Shown here piece by piece: positions 25,343 through 37,016 of a DNA stretch of 64,000 nt; the stretch's first letter is position 1; the number at the start of each line of letters is the position of its first letter. Location: the NCBI RefSeq assembly GCF_018350175.1, contig NC_058368.1, positions 79,920,001 to 79,984,000 of the forward strand, in the 5' to 3' direction. Source of the DNA: Felis catus (lineage: Eukaryota). Under the pieces are notes generated by a model. The model saw only the letters and a list, made by a program, of their open reading frames with translations. It did no database searches and was not told where the DNA came from. The translations under genes and the position numbers were made by a program.

Positions 25343-25354
25343 ACAGGAACTGAC

Positions 25355-25439
25355 CTTTGGGGCCTGGCTCTCCTCTCAACCCTGGAGACCCTGGGTACCC
25401 CCGCTCTCCTTTTTCTCCCAAGGGTCCCGTGCCGATCAC
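25355..25439 (-). CDS. COL4A1: COL4A1 exon 19 (85 nt): [28 protein letters not shown]
   Basis: cag|GTGATC...AAAG|gtcagt. Confidence 0.96.
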
Positions 25440-26788
25440 CTGGGGGCAGAAGAGAAGAGACCAAGGTGTGTGGGGGCGGCCGGTGGTATGTGTCACAGAA
25501 GAGCAGAGAGAAAACTAACATCTTCCAGAGATTTCAGGAAAGGTGGAAGTAAAGAAACAGCCGTGGGGGAAGGGGAGGGAGGGGACAGTCAAGACAACAC
25601 AGAAAACGGACATTCCGCTGGGCCCTCCTGGCAGACCCTCTGCCCCTGTAATATGACTGGCCCGGTGGGAGCTTTGCCAGGGAGGTGAGATTAGAGAAAC
25701 ACTAATTCTGAGGTTCGGGTTTGGAATTTCTAAATGTCCCGACAAGCCATAAAACGAAGAGTCTACTTTAAAGAGGACTATTAGATTTTCCCGGGCAGTG
25801 TGGAACAGCACAGGCAGACTTCACTGGACCACAGTGGGGACGTCCTCGAGGGCCTAGGGACACAGGCCGACACCATCAGCCTCATGACAAGGGAGTGAAC
25901 TAGGTCACCCCATTTCTAAATCACAGAAATTCAAGGGAAATGGCAAGCTCAAATATTGCATACTTCCCTTAAAATAGAATTTGGTAGTGACGAAATTAAC
26001 AGATTAAAATACGCCGATGAAGCTACACACGGGCCACTCGAAGGTGGCTGCCCGATCACAGGTATGGAAAGGGGAACCCCGAGCCTGTGTGGCGGTGTGA
26101 ACGGCAGTCGGGGGGGTCCGTACTCTGCCGCAGGGACCCCAGTCCGGGAAACGCCCCCTAAGGAGAAGTCCCTGAGTGCCGCGCGGACACGCAGATATAT
26201 GCGAGCACTGGGCACCCCTCTACCTGCAGCAAACGAAACAATAGGAACATTTTCATCGTTCCAAAGAAGACTGGGGGGGACAAAACGGGTTAAGCCAGCG
26301 ACAGCACGGCTCTCTGGAAGGATCCTGAAAACAGTCGTTCCCAGAGAACTTGCAAAAATGAAGAACGCTCACTGTTAAAAAGAAAAAGACGCTGCACGCA
26401 CTGAGCACAGGGGGGTACAGCTACGCCCGTGGACTAGAGGTAAAATGTTCTTTGCAGACACAAAAACTGTTGTGCTCCAGACAGATTATGGGCAACCTGT
26501 TTCTCTTCACACTTTGCCTAACGGGCCAGTTTCAAACGGTTTTGCTCGTATCGTTATCCACGGGCAAATCTCTCCATTCTCCGTGGCCAAGGGGATGCGG
26601 AAATGATCCAAATATAATAAAATGTAAGTGCCCAACTCCACGCAATACAAAGTACAAACAAGTTTATTCTTTTCAATACTAAGCACCCTCTTTATATACA
26701 AATGTAAGTGCAGGAATGCCATGGCCCCAACCCCCTTCTCTTCACTGTCAAACGCCCACACAGATGACCAGACATTATTTTTACTCAC

Positions 26789-26830
26789 GATTCCAGGTGG
26801 GCCTGGGGGACCTGCTTCACCTTTGTCTCC
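26789..26830 (-). CDS. COL4A1: COL4A1 exon 18 (42 nt): [14 protein letters not shown]
   Basis: tag|GGAGAC...GGAATC|gtgagt. Confidence 0.95.
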
Positions 26831-28232
26831 CTACAAAAGAAAAAATACGTGGCTTTTTCTGACAATATGGATTGTCTTGCAGAAAGCAGTGTTCAACTTC
26901 TTTTTTTTTTTTTTTTTCCTGGAAAAATAAAGACTGTGCCCACTTACACTAAAATTATTTTCCTCACTGTGAGGATGGACCTTCAAGTGCTCTGGAACTG
27001 TCATAACAAACACGAATGCACTTCACTCTGCTTTGTGCAGCGTGCCGCGTGGAAATAAGGATTTCTACAAATCATAACTGGGAGCGCAATTATTAACAGG
27101 ACGAAGGCGCTCACAACGTTTGCTGTGTTTGGTTGGTTGCACGCTCCCTTGGACAACTCGCATAGAGCCATCCGTGAGTTGAGTCAGAATGTGGTGGTCT
27201 TTCAATAAAATGAAATGCAATGGAGCTTTTGATTTCTCAATGTATTTTCTTAAAGAAATCATTTTATTAGAGATTTTTAGGTGAAAGGTTGTCCAAGGCT
27301 GCCTCGGAGTCCTTGTAAAAGGGTATTTATGGTTTCGCCTCTCTCCTTAAAACCCAGCATTACCTGAAAACGTTTGGGGGGGGATAAATTCTGGTCACTC
27401 TGAGGCTTAATTTCAGTCATATAAGAAGACAAACTCAACAAAATTAATCCTGTTATATCTAATGTTTTTATGTAAGCCATCATAATAGTATCTTTAAAAG
27501 TCCTAAGATCTGCACATAGTCCCTTAATGCAGTTTTCCCCTTTCAACCAAGGCAATAAACGTAGGAGTAAACCAGAATTCAATGTTTTGATTTTTCTTAT
27601 CTGAATATGAGAAGAGGCTTTAGAAACATCTTTGGGACTTAAAAAATATCTTAGCTAATATATTCTAAACGGATTTACCTTTTAAAATCTACAAGATTTG
27701 ACTTTTTTAAAAAAAAAGTTACAGTATCAGTAAAGGATTTTTCCTTTACTTCCCTTTTCCTTGGCTTTCATGAACGGACCGTGAGGTCTGCTCCCCGGTC
27801 TATGAGTCACCACTAGAAATATTTCCAAACTACTTCTTACTTCAGCAGAGATTTATGTTATCTAGTTTTCTGCCTACCACACTGACAAATATTTTTTAAG
27901 GTTTGATAACAAGCAGTTGCCAAAAAAAACAAAAAAGGGCCCCAGACAGATGGCTGTTCTTTTTCAGGGGCAATTTGGTGGCCTGTGGCAAAACTTTCAA
28001 AAAAGAGAGTGTAAACATTGACCCCCCCCCAAATTACACTTGTAGCGATCTGTGACATGGAAGCGAGCAGACGAGTGAGCACAGATACTTGTACCCATCC
28101 CCACGTGGGTGTGACCCAGATGCCACGCAGAAGGCCTGGGCACAGAGTACATTCCCACGTGGCCGCGCGTGCAGACATCCTCACCCGCATCGTATCACTA
28201 AGCAAGGAGGCCAAGAGGCGTCACACATTACT

Positions 28233-28336
28233 ATTTTACAGGGTGTACGTGTGTGTACACACAGGGCAATTGTGCACACACAGGGCGTGGTTTTACAGGG
28301 TGTGTGCGTGTGGATACACGGGGCAATGGTGCACTC
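28233..28336 (+). repeat. Two-copy ~57-bp tandem duplication (ttttacagggtgt...gggcaatNgtgcac)
   Basis: Direct repeats starting near 28233 and 28291. Confidence 0.7.
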
Positions 28337-28502
28337 CGTTTCTGAGAGGAGAACAGAACCATCAGATAAGCTTTCTTTTCTTCACTCTTTCTGCCTTTTC
28401 AGCTGTTTTGTAGCCAGATAAAATTCATCTATTACCAAAAATAAGGCATAAAAACTTGAATGAGTGGAACATTTTATGTTCTTTTAAAAAGAATCATACA
28501 CA

Positions 28503-28740
28503 GGGTGCCTGGGTGGCTTGATCCATTGAGCACCTGACTTTGGCCCAGGTCATGATCTCATGGTACATGGGTTGGAGCCCCACGTCGGGCTCTGTGCTGA
28601 CAGCTCAGAGCCTGCTTGGGATTCTCCCTCTCCCTATCCCTCTCTGCCCTTCCTCCACTCACACTCTCTCTGTCAAAATAAATAAACCTTAAAGAAATAA
28701 ATAAATAAAAATTTTTGAATAAAATTTTTTAAAAATTTTA
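28503..28740 (+). mobile_element. CAN-SINE (SINEC-type)
   Basis: gggtgcctgggtggc head, CT-rich region, AT-rich tail. Confidence 0.9.
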
Positions 28741-28898
28741 AATCACACACACAAATAAAACCACAAAATTAAGTTGTGATTTGGTCATAGGGAAGGTAAA
28801 TATTTTTTATTATTTGAGTCCACAGTCCTTTACACTACGAACAACTTCTGGGCTGAACTACAAAATAAGGTAAAGCCCCAAGTAGTGTCACCACTTAC

Positions 28899-28952
28899 CT
28901 TGAAACCTTCTCGTCCGGGGAGTCCTGGGTACCCTGCGTCACCTGGGAACCC
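28899..28952 (-). CDS. COL4A1: COL4A1 exon 17 (54 nt): GFPGDAGYPGLPGREGFK
   Basis: cag|GGGTTC...TTCAAG|gtaagt. Confidence 0.95.
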
Positions 28953-29026
28953 CTGAAGTGAAACATGGAGAACAGTAATCAGCAAACAAGGGCAACAGTT
29001 TGTTCTTAAGAATTACAGAGAAATAC

Positions 29027-29237
29027 GGGGGCACCTGGGGGGCTCAGGCTGTTAGGCGTCTGGCTTCAGCTGAGGTCATGATCTCGCAGTTTGTGGGTTC
29101 CAGCCCTGAGTCGGGCTCTGTGCTGACAGTTCAGAGCCTGGAGCCTGCTTCGGATTCTGTGTCTCCCTTTCTCTCTGCCTCTCCCCCCTTGTGCTCTGCC
29201 TCTCTGTCTCAAAAATAAATAAACATTAAAAAAAAAA
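29027..29237 (+). mobile_element. CAN-SINE (outer element of a nested pair)
   Basis: Outer TSD aattacagagaaat at 29011-29024 and 29544-29557. Confidence 0.92.
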
Positions 29238-29242
29238 GTCTC

Positions 29243-29463
29243 GGGCGTCCGGGTGGCTCAGTCAGTTGGGCATCCGACTTCAGCTCGGGTCATCATTTCA
29301 CAGTTCGTGGGTTCGAGCCCCACGTCGGGCTCTGTGCTGACAGCTCAGAGCCTAGAGCCTGCTTCAGATTCTGTATCTCTCTCTCTGTGACCCTCTCCAG
29401 CTCACACTCTGTCTCTCTCTCTCTCAAAAATACATCAAAATAATTTTTCTTAAATAAAAAAAA
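29243..29463 (+). mobile_element. CAN-SINE inserted in the tail of the preceding SINE
   Basis: aaaaaaaagtct repeated on both sides (ending 29241 and 29467). Confidence 0.9.
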
Positions 29464-29476
29464 GTCTTTCCCTTTC

Positions 29477-29478
29477 GA

Positions 29479-29542
<64 letters not shown>

Positions 29543-29544
29543 AA
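29477..29544 (+). repeat. Perfect (GAAA)17 tetranucleotide STR
   Basis: Uninterrupted gaaa run. Confidence 0.95.
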
Positions 29545-29563
29545 ATTACAGAGAAATGCTTAC

Positions 29564-29608
29564 TGGACTCCCTTTTTCTCCTTTTTCGCCATCTTTGCCA
29601 GGTTTTCC
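29564..29608 (-). CDS. COL4A1: COL4A1 exon 16 (45 nt): GKPGKDGEKGEKGSP
   Basis: cag|GGAAAA...AGTCCA|gtaagc. Confidence 0.95.
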
Positions 29609-30373
29609 CTGTACAATAAAGATTTAGACGTTAGAATTTCATAAAAATAACAATAAATACGCTCTAACACCAAGGCTCTGAACCCCTACGTGAGCTAGCT
29701 GCCCACACCACACTAACGAGTAATGCGGTATACAGAGAATAACTGTGGAGTGACAGCCAAAGAGGATTTTCCAGTTTTTAGAAAACGGAGCCGGAGTAGC
29801 CCCAAATCTCCCAAGATAACCATTACATTTGGCGACAGAGCTAACAGCAGAGAGGTTTTCTGAATGGCAAGGGGCCGGTGGCAGGTAGGCAGAGGACTCG
29901 TTTTAATGGGGGTCTGCACGCATCATTTTCAGGGTAGGAGCAGGACGGGCTCAGGCCACTACAAGCGGGTGGGTCTCCTGTCCCCAGGATTCGGGGGTGG
30001 GAAGCATCGGCACACCTCACGTCTAGGCCGCGCAGTCTGGGCTCCGGGCGGAGCCCCGAGCAGGCTCAGGAGGCAGCCAAAAAGAGCACCCAGCACTCCG
30101 AGCAAGAGGACCGGGGGCTTTCAGTGAGAAGCCAGCAGGCAGGTGGCTGTCCAGAGAGCCCCCCAGCCCCAGCTCTCTGCGGTGGGAGGCCTCAGCCTTG
30201 CCGGGGGGATTTTCAGGTGGAGGTGGCCTCATCCTTCCTGCTACAAGGGCTTCGAGAAAGCCCTTCCGGAGAGGACAGCCCTCTTCCACTCGTGTTTCTG
30301 TAAGTCCGGGATTCTAGGAAAGGGAGGAGCATGAGTTTACAGTCAGGAACAGAAGGACTTGGGAGGCACTTAC

Positions 30374-30424
30374 TCGGGGCCCTGGCTTTCCGGGCTCCCC
30401 TTTCTCTCCAACCCCTGGCATTCC
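30374..30424 (-). CDS. COL4A1: COL4A1 exon 15 (51 nt): GMPGVGEKGEPGKPGPR
   Basis: aag|GGAATG...CCCCGA|gtaagt. Confidence 0.95.
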
Positions 30425-30577
30425 CTTGAAAGAACAGAAAGATTCATTAGGACATTTAAGTAAAATATTAAATTGAGTCGATATTATACTGAAGGTGAAG
30501 AAATTCATAACTTCAACCCAACACGTCGTGAACGTTCCCACAAAATGATGATAAACAAATAGGAATGTGGGCCTTAC

Positions 30578-30604
30578 CTGAAATCCAGGTTCACCTTTCT
30601 GACC
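30578..30604 (-). CDS. COL4A1: COL4A1 exon 14 (27 nt): GQKGEPGFQ
   Basis: tag|GGTCAG...TTTCAG|gtaagg. Confidence 0.94.
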
Positions 30605-31050
30605 CTAAAAGAAGTTTTAAAAAGAGAGCAAGAGAGTGAGCCATCAGGATTAACGGTTGTATTGATTTTGACACACCACACTGAACATGGAAAAGGAAAA
30701 CAATGCCTTTTCCCGATACGTCAACAAGGAAATTCTCTTTGGTCTCCCGTGTTCGTGTCCTAACTCCCAGAAGGGTGTGGCTTTAGGAAGACCACATCAT
30801 TATGCTCGATCCACGGCAGCTGGGACCCTCCGCCCTCACCCTCAGCCTCTGTCCCTGCTGCAGACCCAGCCTGGCCTCAACCTGGTGCATCTAAGAAGCC
30901 CCCACATGGAGCTCAGCCTTGCCCCAACCCAGTTCAGCTGCCTCTGCTCCCCCTATGCTCCCCCTATATTTTGCGGGACAGACAATCTATAAACCTGTTT
31001 TCTCTGCATCCCTCCAATTTGTCCCAAATTCGAAAGCCGACATTCACCTA

Positions 31051-31224
<174 letters not shown>

Positions 31225-32312
31225 TCAGCACAAAACGCAGCATCAGTAGGAAGATGGTACATTAAGGACACGAAGCCGGGAGACTCTCACCTCTCAGGGG
31301 GCAGGAAAGCCGCTACCTCAGGTAATAGGAATGGAACCTGAACATCTATGAGACATCTCTGCACGCGTGCATACGTGAGGACCGCACATGCACTTCTGCT
31401 GTACATGCATACGTAGCAGGACACAGAGGCTGTCCTCCCGCATTTTGAGGGCACGGACGGAAGGGTCACAGACTGCTAACAGCCTGAGAGGAAAGGACGT
31501 ATCTTTAGGGGCACGAAAAGGAAGGGAACCATCGGGAATGTTCTCCCTCGGGAACTCTGACAGCTGGACACAACTAGAAGTACAGAGAATCCCAGTCATC
31601 GCATGATGAGTGAGATCCAAAACATTCAATTTGCGGGGTCACCTTCCTCGGAGGTTTATGGAAAGACTGGACCAAATCTGGGGTGAAACATGGAGGCCGC
31701 AGGTCAGCGCAGACCTGCCCAGGCCTCTGGTGCACCTGGCGCCCACCGGTGGTGGTCTCTACACCGACTTGGGCTCCGATGGAGAAGAACGTGGGCCCCG
31801 CGGCAGGTGCTGCCACAGGCCCGGAATCCGCACTTGGCTGGTGCCCATGTGGCTAGTCTGACGCAGGGAAACTGGTGGAGAGATCACTGGAGGATCAGGG
31901 AGCCACTGCTGGCCTCCTTCTCCCCTGCTCCAGTCTCTGCCTCCCTGCCTCTCCCGACTCGTACGACGGCCTTCCGTCTCTGCAGGGTTTAGTATAGCTG
32001 TGCTACTAACGTCCAAGTCCTAAATGTGCCTCTTTTATAATAAAGTCTGGGTCTGGCTTTATCACTGCCTGGAACATTCTGATTGAATTCAACGCACAGG
32101 GAACTAGAACTAGAATGGCCTTGTATTCTCTGCTGGTCAGACCACACGTAGAAAACCTCAGTGACTTCTAGCCATGCATTTTAAGGAAAACACTAATAAA
32201 TTCAAGAACATGCAGAGTAGGGGAACTGCGGTTAGGAAGGTCCAAGAGGAGGTCCAGAGGCTGAAATTCTATCATCCCTACAACTGTGATTTTAAACATA
32301 ACGACACTCCAT

Positions 32313-32515
32313 GGGACGCCTGGGGGGCTCAGTTGCTTGAACATCCGACTCTTGATTTCAGCTCGGGTCATGATCTCATGGGCGTGAGTGTGAGTCCCAC
32401 ATCAGGCACTGTGCTGACAGCACGGAGCCTGCTTGGGATTCTCTCTCTCACCCTCTCTTCCGCTCCCACTGTCTCTCAAAATAAATAAATAAGTTAAAAA
32501 AAAAATAAAAAATAA
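32313..32515 (+). mobile_element. CAN-SINE (older, diverged)
   Basis: gggacgcctggggggctcag head and A-rich tail ending ~30 nt from the exon 12 donor. Confidence 0.88.
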
Positions 32516-32548
32516 ATGTGACAACAGTCCAGAGCCACGTGTACTCAC

Positions 32549-32590
32549 CTTGTCGCCCTTTGGGCCTTGGAAACTTAAGCCCATTTGCCC
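32549..32590 (-). CDS. COL4A1: COL4A1 exon 12 (42 nt): GQMGLSFQGPKGDK
   Basis: cag|GGGCAA...GACAAG|gtgagt. Confidence 0.95.
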
Positions 32591-32826
32591 CTGTTGATTA
32601 AAAATTAGGCTTCCGTTACTCGAGTTGTCCACTTTGCTCAAAATCACACAAAATGTAATGATAAGGTGGGGTCAAGGCAGGAGCTGCTTCCAACAAGTAT
32701 AACATTTTCCACAAAGTTGTGTCCTGCGGTATTCAGTGGCTATTAAAAACGTTTTTTAAAGTATTATTGAAAAAGAATTCTATAAAACCTTTTTTTTTAA
32801 TTTAAGGTTTTTAAAATGTGACTATA

Positions 32827-33055
32827 GGGGCGCCTGGGTGGCTCAGTTGGTTAAGCATCCAACTTCAGCTCAGGTCACGATCTCGCGGTCCGTGAGTTCG
32901 AGCCTCGCATCAGGCTCTGGGCTGATGGCTCAGAGCCTGGAGCCTGCTTCCGATTCTGTGTCTCCCTCTCTCTCTGCCCCTACCCTGTTCATGCTCTGTT
33001 TCTCTCTGTCTCAAAAATAATAAAATAAAATAAAATAAAATAAAATAAAATAAAA
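32827..33055 (+). mobile_element. Young CAN-SINE (SINEC_Fc) with (TAAAA)n tail
   Basis: Perfect 16-bp TSD taaaatgtgactatag at 32812-32827 and 33056-33071. Confidence 0.95.
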
Positions 33056-33124
33056 TAAAATGTGACTATAGAAAACTAAAGGAAAAATCAATAATTCCAA
33101 AGTAAGGGACTGGTGAAAGGAAAG

Positions 33125-33385
33125 ACAGAACAGAGGGATAGATCAGATAGACAGACAGAGAGATGGATAGATGATTGATAGACAGATGAACAGACAGGCA
33201 GATGGATGGATAGATGGATGGATAGATGGAAATGGATGAGTGGATAGATGGATGGATGGGTGGACAGGTAGGCAGACAGATGGATGGACAGGCAGACAGA
33301 TGGACAGACGATGGATGGATGGATGACAGATGGATAGATGGAGGGATGGGTATACGGATACATGGGCAGGTGGGTAGACGGATGT
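33125..33385 (+). repeat. Degenerate (GATA/GATG/GACA)n tetranucleotide array
   Basis: gatagatggatggacaga-type units. Confidence 0.88.
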
Positions 33386-33509
33386 TAAATAGAGATAAAA
33401 AAAATTATAACTTTCTCAAAATGTTTACAGAGACTAAACAGTGAGTTATGGTGATTTTGTGGTAGTCTTATACAAATGCTGAAGAAATTCAAATGAAAAA
33501 TATATTTAC

Positions 33510-33545
33510 CTTTTCACCTGGAGGGCCAGGAGGACCTGGAGGGCC
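33510..33545 (-). CDS. COL4A1: COL4A1 exon 11 (36 nt): [12 protein letters not shown]
   Basis: cag|GGCCCT...GAAAAG|gtaaat. Confidence 0.94.
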
Positions 33546-34104
33546 CTGTAAAAAAGAGCATTTTAATTAAATATCATTCATAACCCTGGTAAGCTTTAAA
33601 TGCTTTTTAATGAGGTTATCTTAAGATTCCCATGATTAATATGATATTTGTTAAATATTTAAATTTTATTCCTGTGCTTCGGATCTATAAAATTTTGAAA
33701 ATAACTAGGAATTAGTCCAGGACAATAATTACTAGGGATGGAAACACCTCAGAATCTTAGGCACTTCCCCATGAAATCCACTGACCCAACAATGTGCCCG
33801 GCTAACAGGTGATGACTTAAATTATCAGCCAAGCTCTCTGAGAGCCCTGGGGTTTCCAGGTCAGAAATAACATCACGTTTGTCCACTTTGGATATAACTA
33901 CTTATCTTAAAAAGTTGAATGATTTCTTCAAGTGCATAGACTGTAGTGAAAACCTTCCTGTGTTTGCAACAAAATTCCAGAATGCTTTTTAATCATTAAA
34001 AAAAAAAAGCCTAGTCATTCTCTTTCACAAAAATGAGTCCATTTATTTGCAAGAATATAAAAGAGGTTACTTTTGCAAGAATGGACATTAGAGTTGCTGG
34101 ATTT

Positions 34105-35270
34105 GGAAGAAAGGAAGGAAGGAAGGGTCAAAGGGAGGGAAGAAGAAAGGGAGGGAGGAGGGTGGGAGGGAAGAAAGAAGGAAAGAAGGAAGGAAGGAGG
34201 GAGAGAGGAAGAGGAGGAAAGAAGGAGGGAGAAAAGAAGGAGAGAGGGAGGGAGAGGAGGAGGGAGGGAGGGAGGGAGGAAGGAAGGAAGGAAGGAGGGA
34301 GAGAGGGAGGGAGAGAGAGGAGGAGGAGGAAAGAAGGAGGGAGAAGGAAGGGAGGAAAGGAGGAGGGAGAGACAGAGGAAAGAAGGAAGGAGGAAGAGAG
34401 GGAGGAAGGAGGAAGGAGGGAGGAGGGAGGGAGGGAAGGAGGGAGGGAGGAGGGAGGGAAGGAGGAAAGAAGGAAGGAGGCAGGGGGGGAGGGAGGGAGG
34501 AGGAGGGAGGGAGGGAGGAAAGGAGAGAGAGAGGGAGGAAAGAAGGAAGGAGGGAGGGAGGGAGAGGAGGAGGAGGGAGGGAGGAAGAAAGAGGAGGAGG
34601 GAAGGAGGGAGAAAGAGAGGAAGAAGGAGGGAGGGAGGAAGGAGGGAGGAGGGAAGGAGAGGAGGAGGGAGCAAGGGAGGGAGGAAGGAGGGAGAGAGGG
34701 AGGGAGAGAGAGGAGGAGGAAGGAAGGAGGGATGGAGGAGGGAGGGAGGGGGAGGGAGGGGAGGGAGGGGGGAGGGAGGGAAAGAGAGGAGGAGGAAGAA
34801 AGAAGGAGGGAGAAGGAAGGGAGGCAAGGAGGAGGGAGAGACGGAGGAAAGAAGGAAGGAGGGAGGGAGGGAGGGAGGGAGGAAGGAGGGAGAGAGGAAG
34901 GAAGGGAGGGAGGAAGGAAGGGAGGGAGGGAGGAAGGGAGGGAGGAAGGGATGGAGGAGGGAGGGAGAGGGGAGGGAGAGAGGAGGAAGGAAGGAGGGAG
35001 GGAGGGAGAGGAGGAGGAGGGAGGGGGGAGAAAGAGGAGGAGGGAAGGAGAGAGAAAGAGAGGAGGAGGGAGGGAGGGAAGGAGGGAGGAAGGAAGGGAG
35101 GAAGGGAGGGAGGAGGGGAGGGAGGAGGGAGGGAGGGAGAAAGAGAGGAGGAGGGAGGGAGGGGGAGGGAGGGAGAAAGAGAGGAGAAGGGAGGGAGGGA
35201 GGAAGGAAAGGAGGGAGGAAGGAGGGAAGAGGGAGGGAGGGAGGAGGGAGGGAGGGAGGAGGGAGGGCGG
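34105..35270 (+). repeat. ~1.17-kb homopurine/homopyrimidine (GGA/GGAA) tract, intron 10
   Basis: Only about ten pyrimidines on the + strand across the tract. Confidence 0.96.
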
Positions 35271-35817
35271 GAGGCGAACCCGAAAGGCCCGAAGGACCGG
35301 CAGGCAGGCGGGCGAGGACGGCACACCGCGGTGCATTACTCATCGCCAGGGCACAAGGCACTTGACAAGTAGGGAAGTGTTGTTACTGCCAAGTGTCTCG
35401 TGCTCCCAAACGGTACGAGTGGGGGACATGGGCCCTCCTCCTGGGAATCACGGGCTGTGCAGGAGGCTGGCAGGGAGCGGAGCCTCGGAGGGGCTGTCTC
35501 GGGTGCTCGCCCTTTATCACAAGCATGGCGCAGCCCCTGCTGCCGCCCGGTCTGTGTCCACAGCCGCCCGCGAAGCCGGGCCCTCTGGGATGACTGTTCC
35601 TACGCGTCCGCGGGCAGGGCACAGGCTGCCTTGTCCAGCTCTGAGCTCGGCCTCCTCCAGCCACAGTATCATCGGCAGCCCCCCAGCCCCTCCACCAGCG
35701 AGGGTGCCGTGTGTGGGGGACCACCTGGCCTGCACTACGGCTGCCATGGTTTTCCCCAGGGACCCCAAGTGCCAGCCACACATCTTCCCAAGAAGCTCTC
35801 TCTCCCGATCCAAATTA

Positions 35818-36057
<240 letters not shown>

Positions 36058-36072
36058 TTAGCAAACGCTTAC

Positions 36073-36156
36073 TGGTGCTCCTGGGAGTCCGGGAAATCCT
36101 CTTTCGCCTTTCAACAGGGTCCCAGGCACATGGCCAATTATTTCACCTGGATCCCC
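36073..36156 (-). CDS. COL4A1: COL4A1 exon 9 (84 nt): [28 protein letters not shown]
   Basis: tag|GGGGAT...GCACCA|gtaagc. Confidence 0.96.
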
Positions 36157-36557
36157 CTAGGGGGCGAGCAAAACAAGGAAAGAAAGTCACGAAAACTGAC
36201 ATTCGTAGAAAGAAACCCAGAACCCGTTGTGTGAGAGGCGAGCGTTAGTGGCGCCGAATCAGCCCGTGTCTGGGATTGAGAGCCCGTCTACGCTTGAGAT
36301 ACACGCATTGGCCACGTCCACGTTCGCCACGTTCACTGCCACTGCCTCCATGGCCAGCGTCAAGCGCCACGCTTAGCTGGACTCGGCTGCGCCAGGACTG
36401 GATGTGGAGGCATCACACGAGGAGCCCCCCGCTTGTGCGTGGCCGTGCCCCACGCCTGAAGACAGAGCGCAGATCGGGGCCGAGGCTCCATCTGTTCTCA
36501 TGCGATAAGGCTTATCTTTCACAAACAGACCCAGGATGAGCATCTGTATAAAACAGG

Positions 36558-37016
36558 CTGTGATTTCATGTGTCTGCTTGGCCAGGCCACAGTACCCAGA
36601 TGTTCAGTTAAGCCCCAGTCTGGATGTCCCTGGGAAGGTATTTTTAAGATAAGATAACCATTTACATCAGAAGCCTCTGAGTAAAATGAATTATTCTTCT
36701 TAATGTGGGTGGGCCTCGTCCAATCAGCTGAAGGCCTCAAGAGGAAGGGAAAAAACAAAAAACAAAAAACCCTGACCTCCCCAAGAAGAGGAAATTCTGT
36801 CTCCAGACAGTCTTTGAACTGGGACCCTGGCTCTTCCCCAGGCCTCCAGGCTGCTCTCCTGCGGATTCTGGACTCTCCAGGCCCCCACAATCTTGCAATT
36901 CCTTAAAGTAAACCCCTCTACCAGGATGTACGTCTGTGCCTGTACATGTGCAAACACACACTCCACACACACACCCTACTGGTTCTGCTTCTCTACAGAG
37001 CCCCGACTAAAATACA
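36558..37016 (+). mobile_element. MLT2-type (ERVL) solo LTR
   Basis: tgtg...atgtgtcNNcttggcNaggcc start, atgtgggtgggcctcNtccaatcagNtgaaggcct core and tggttctgNttctct...gactaaNataca end resemble the MLT2 consensus as recalled. Confidence 0.8.
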
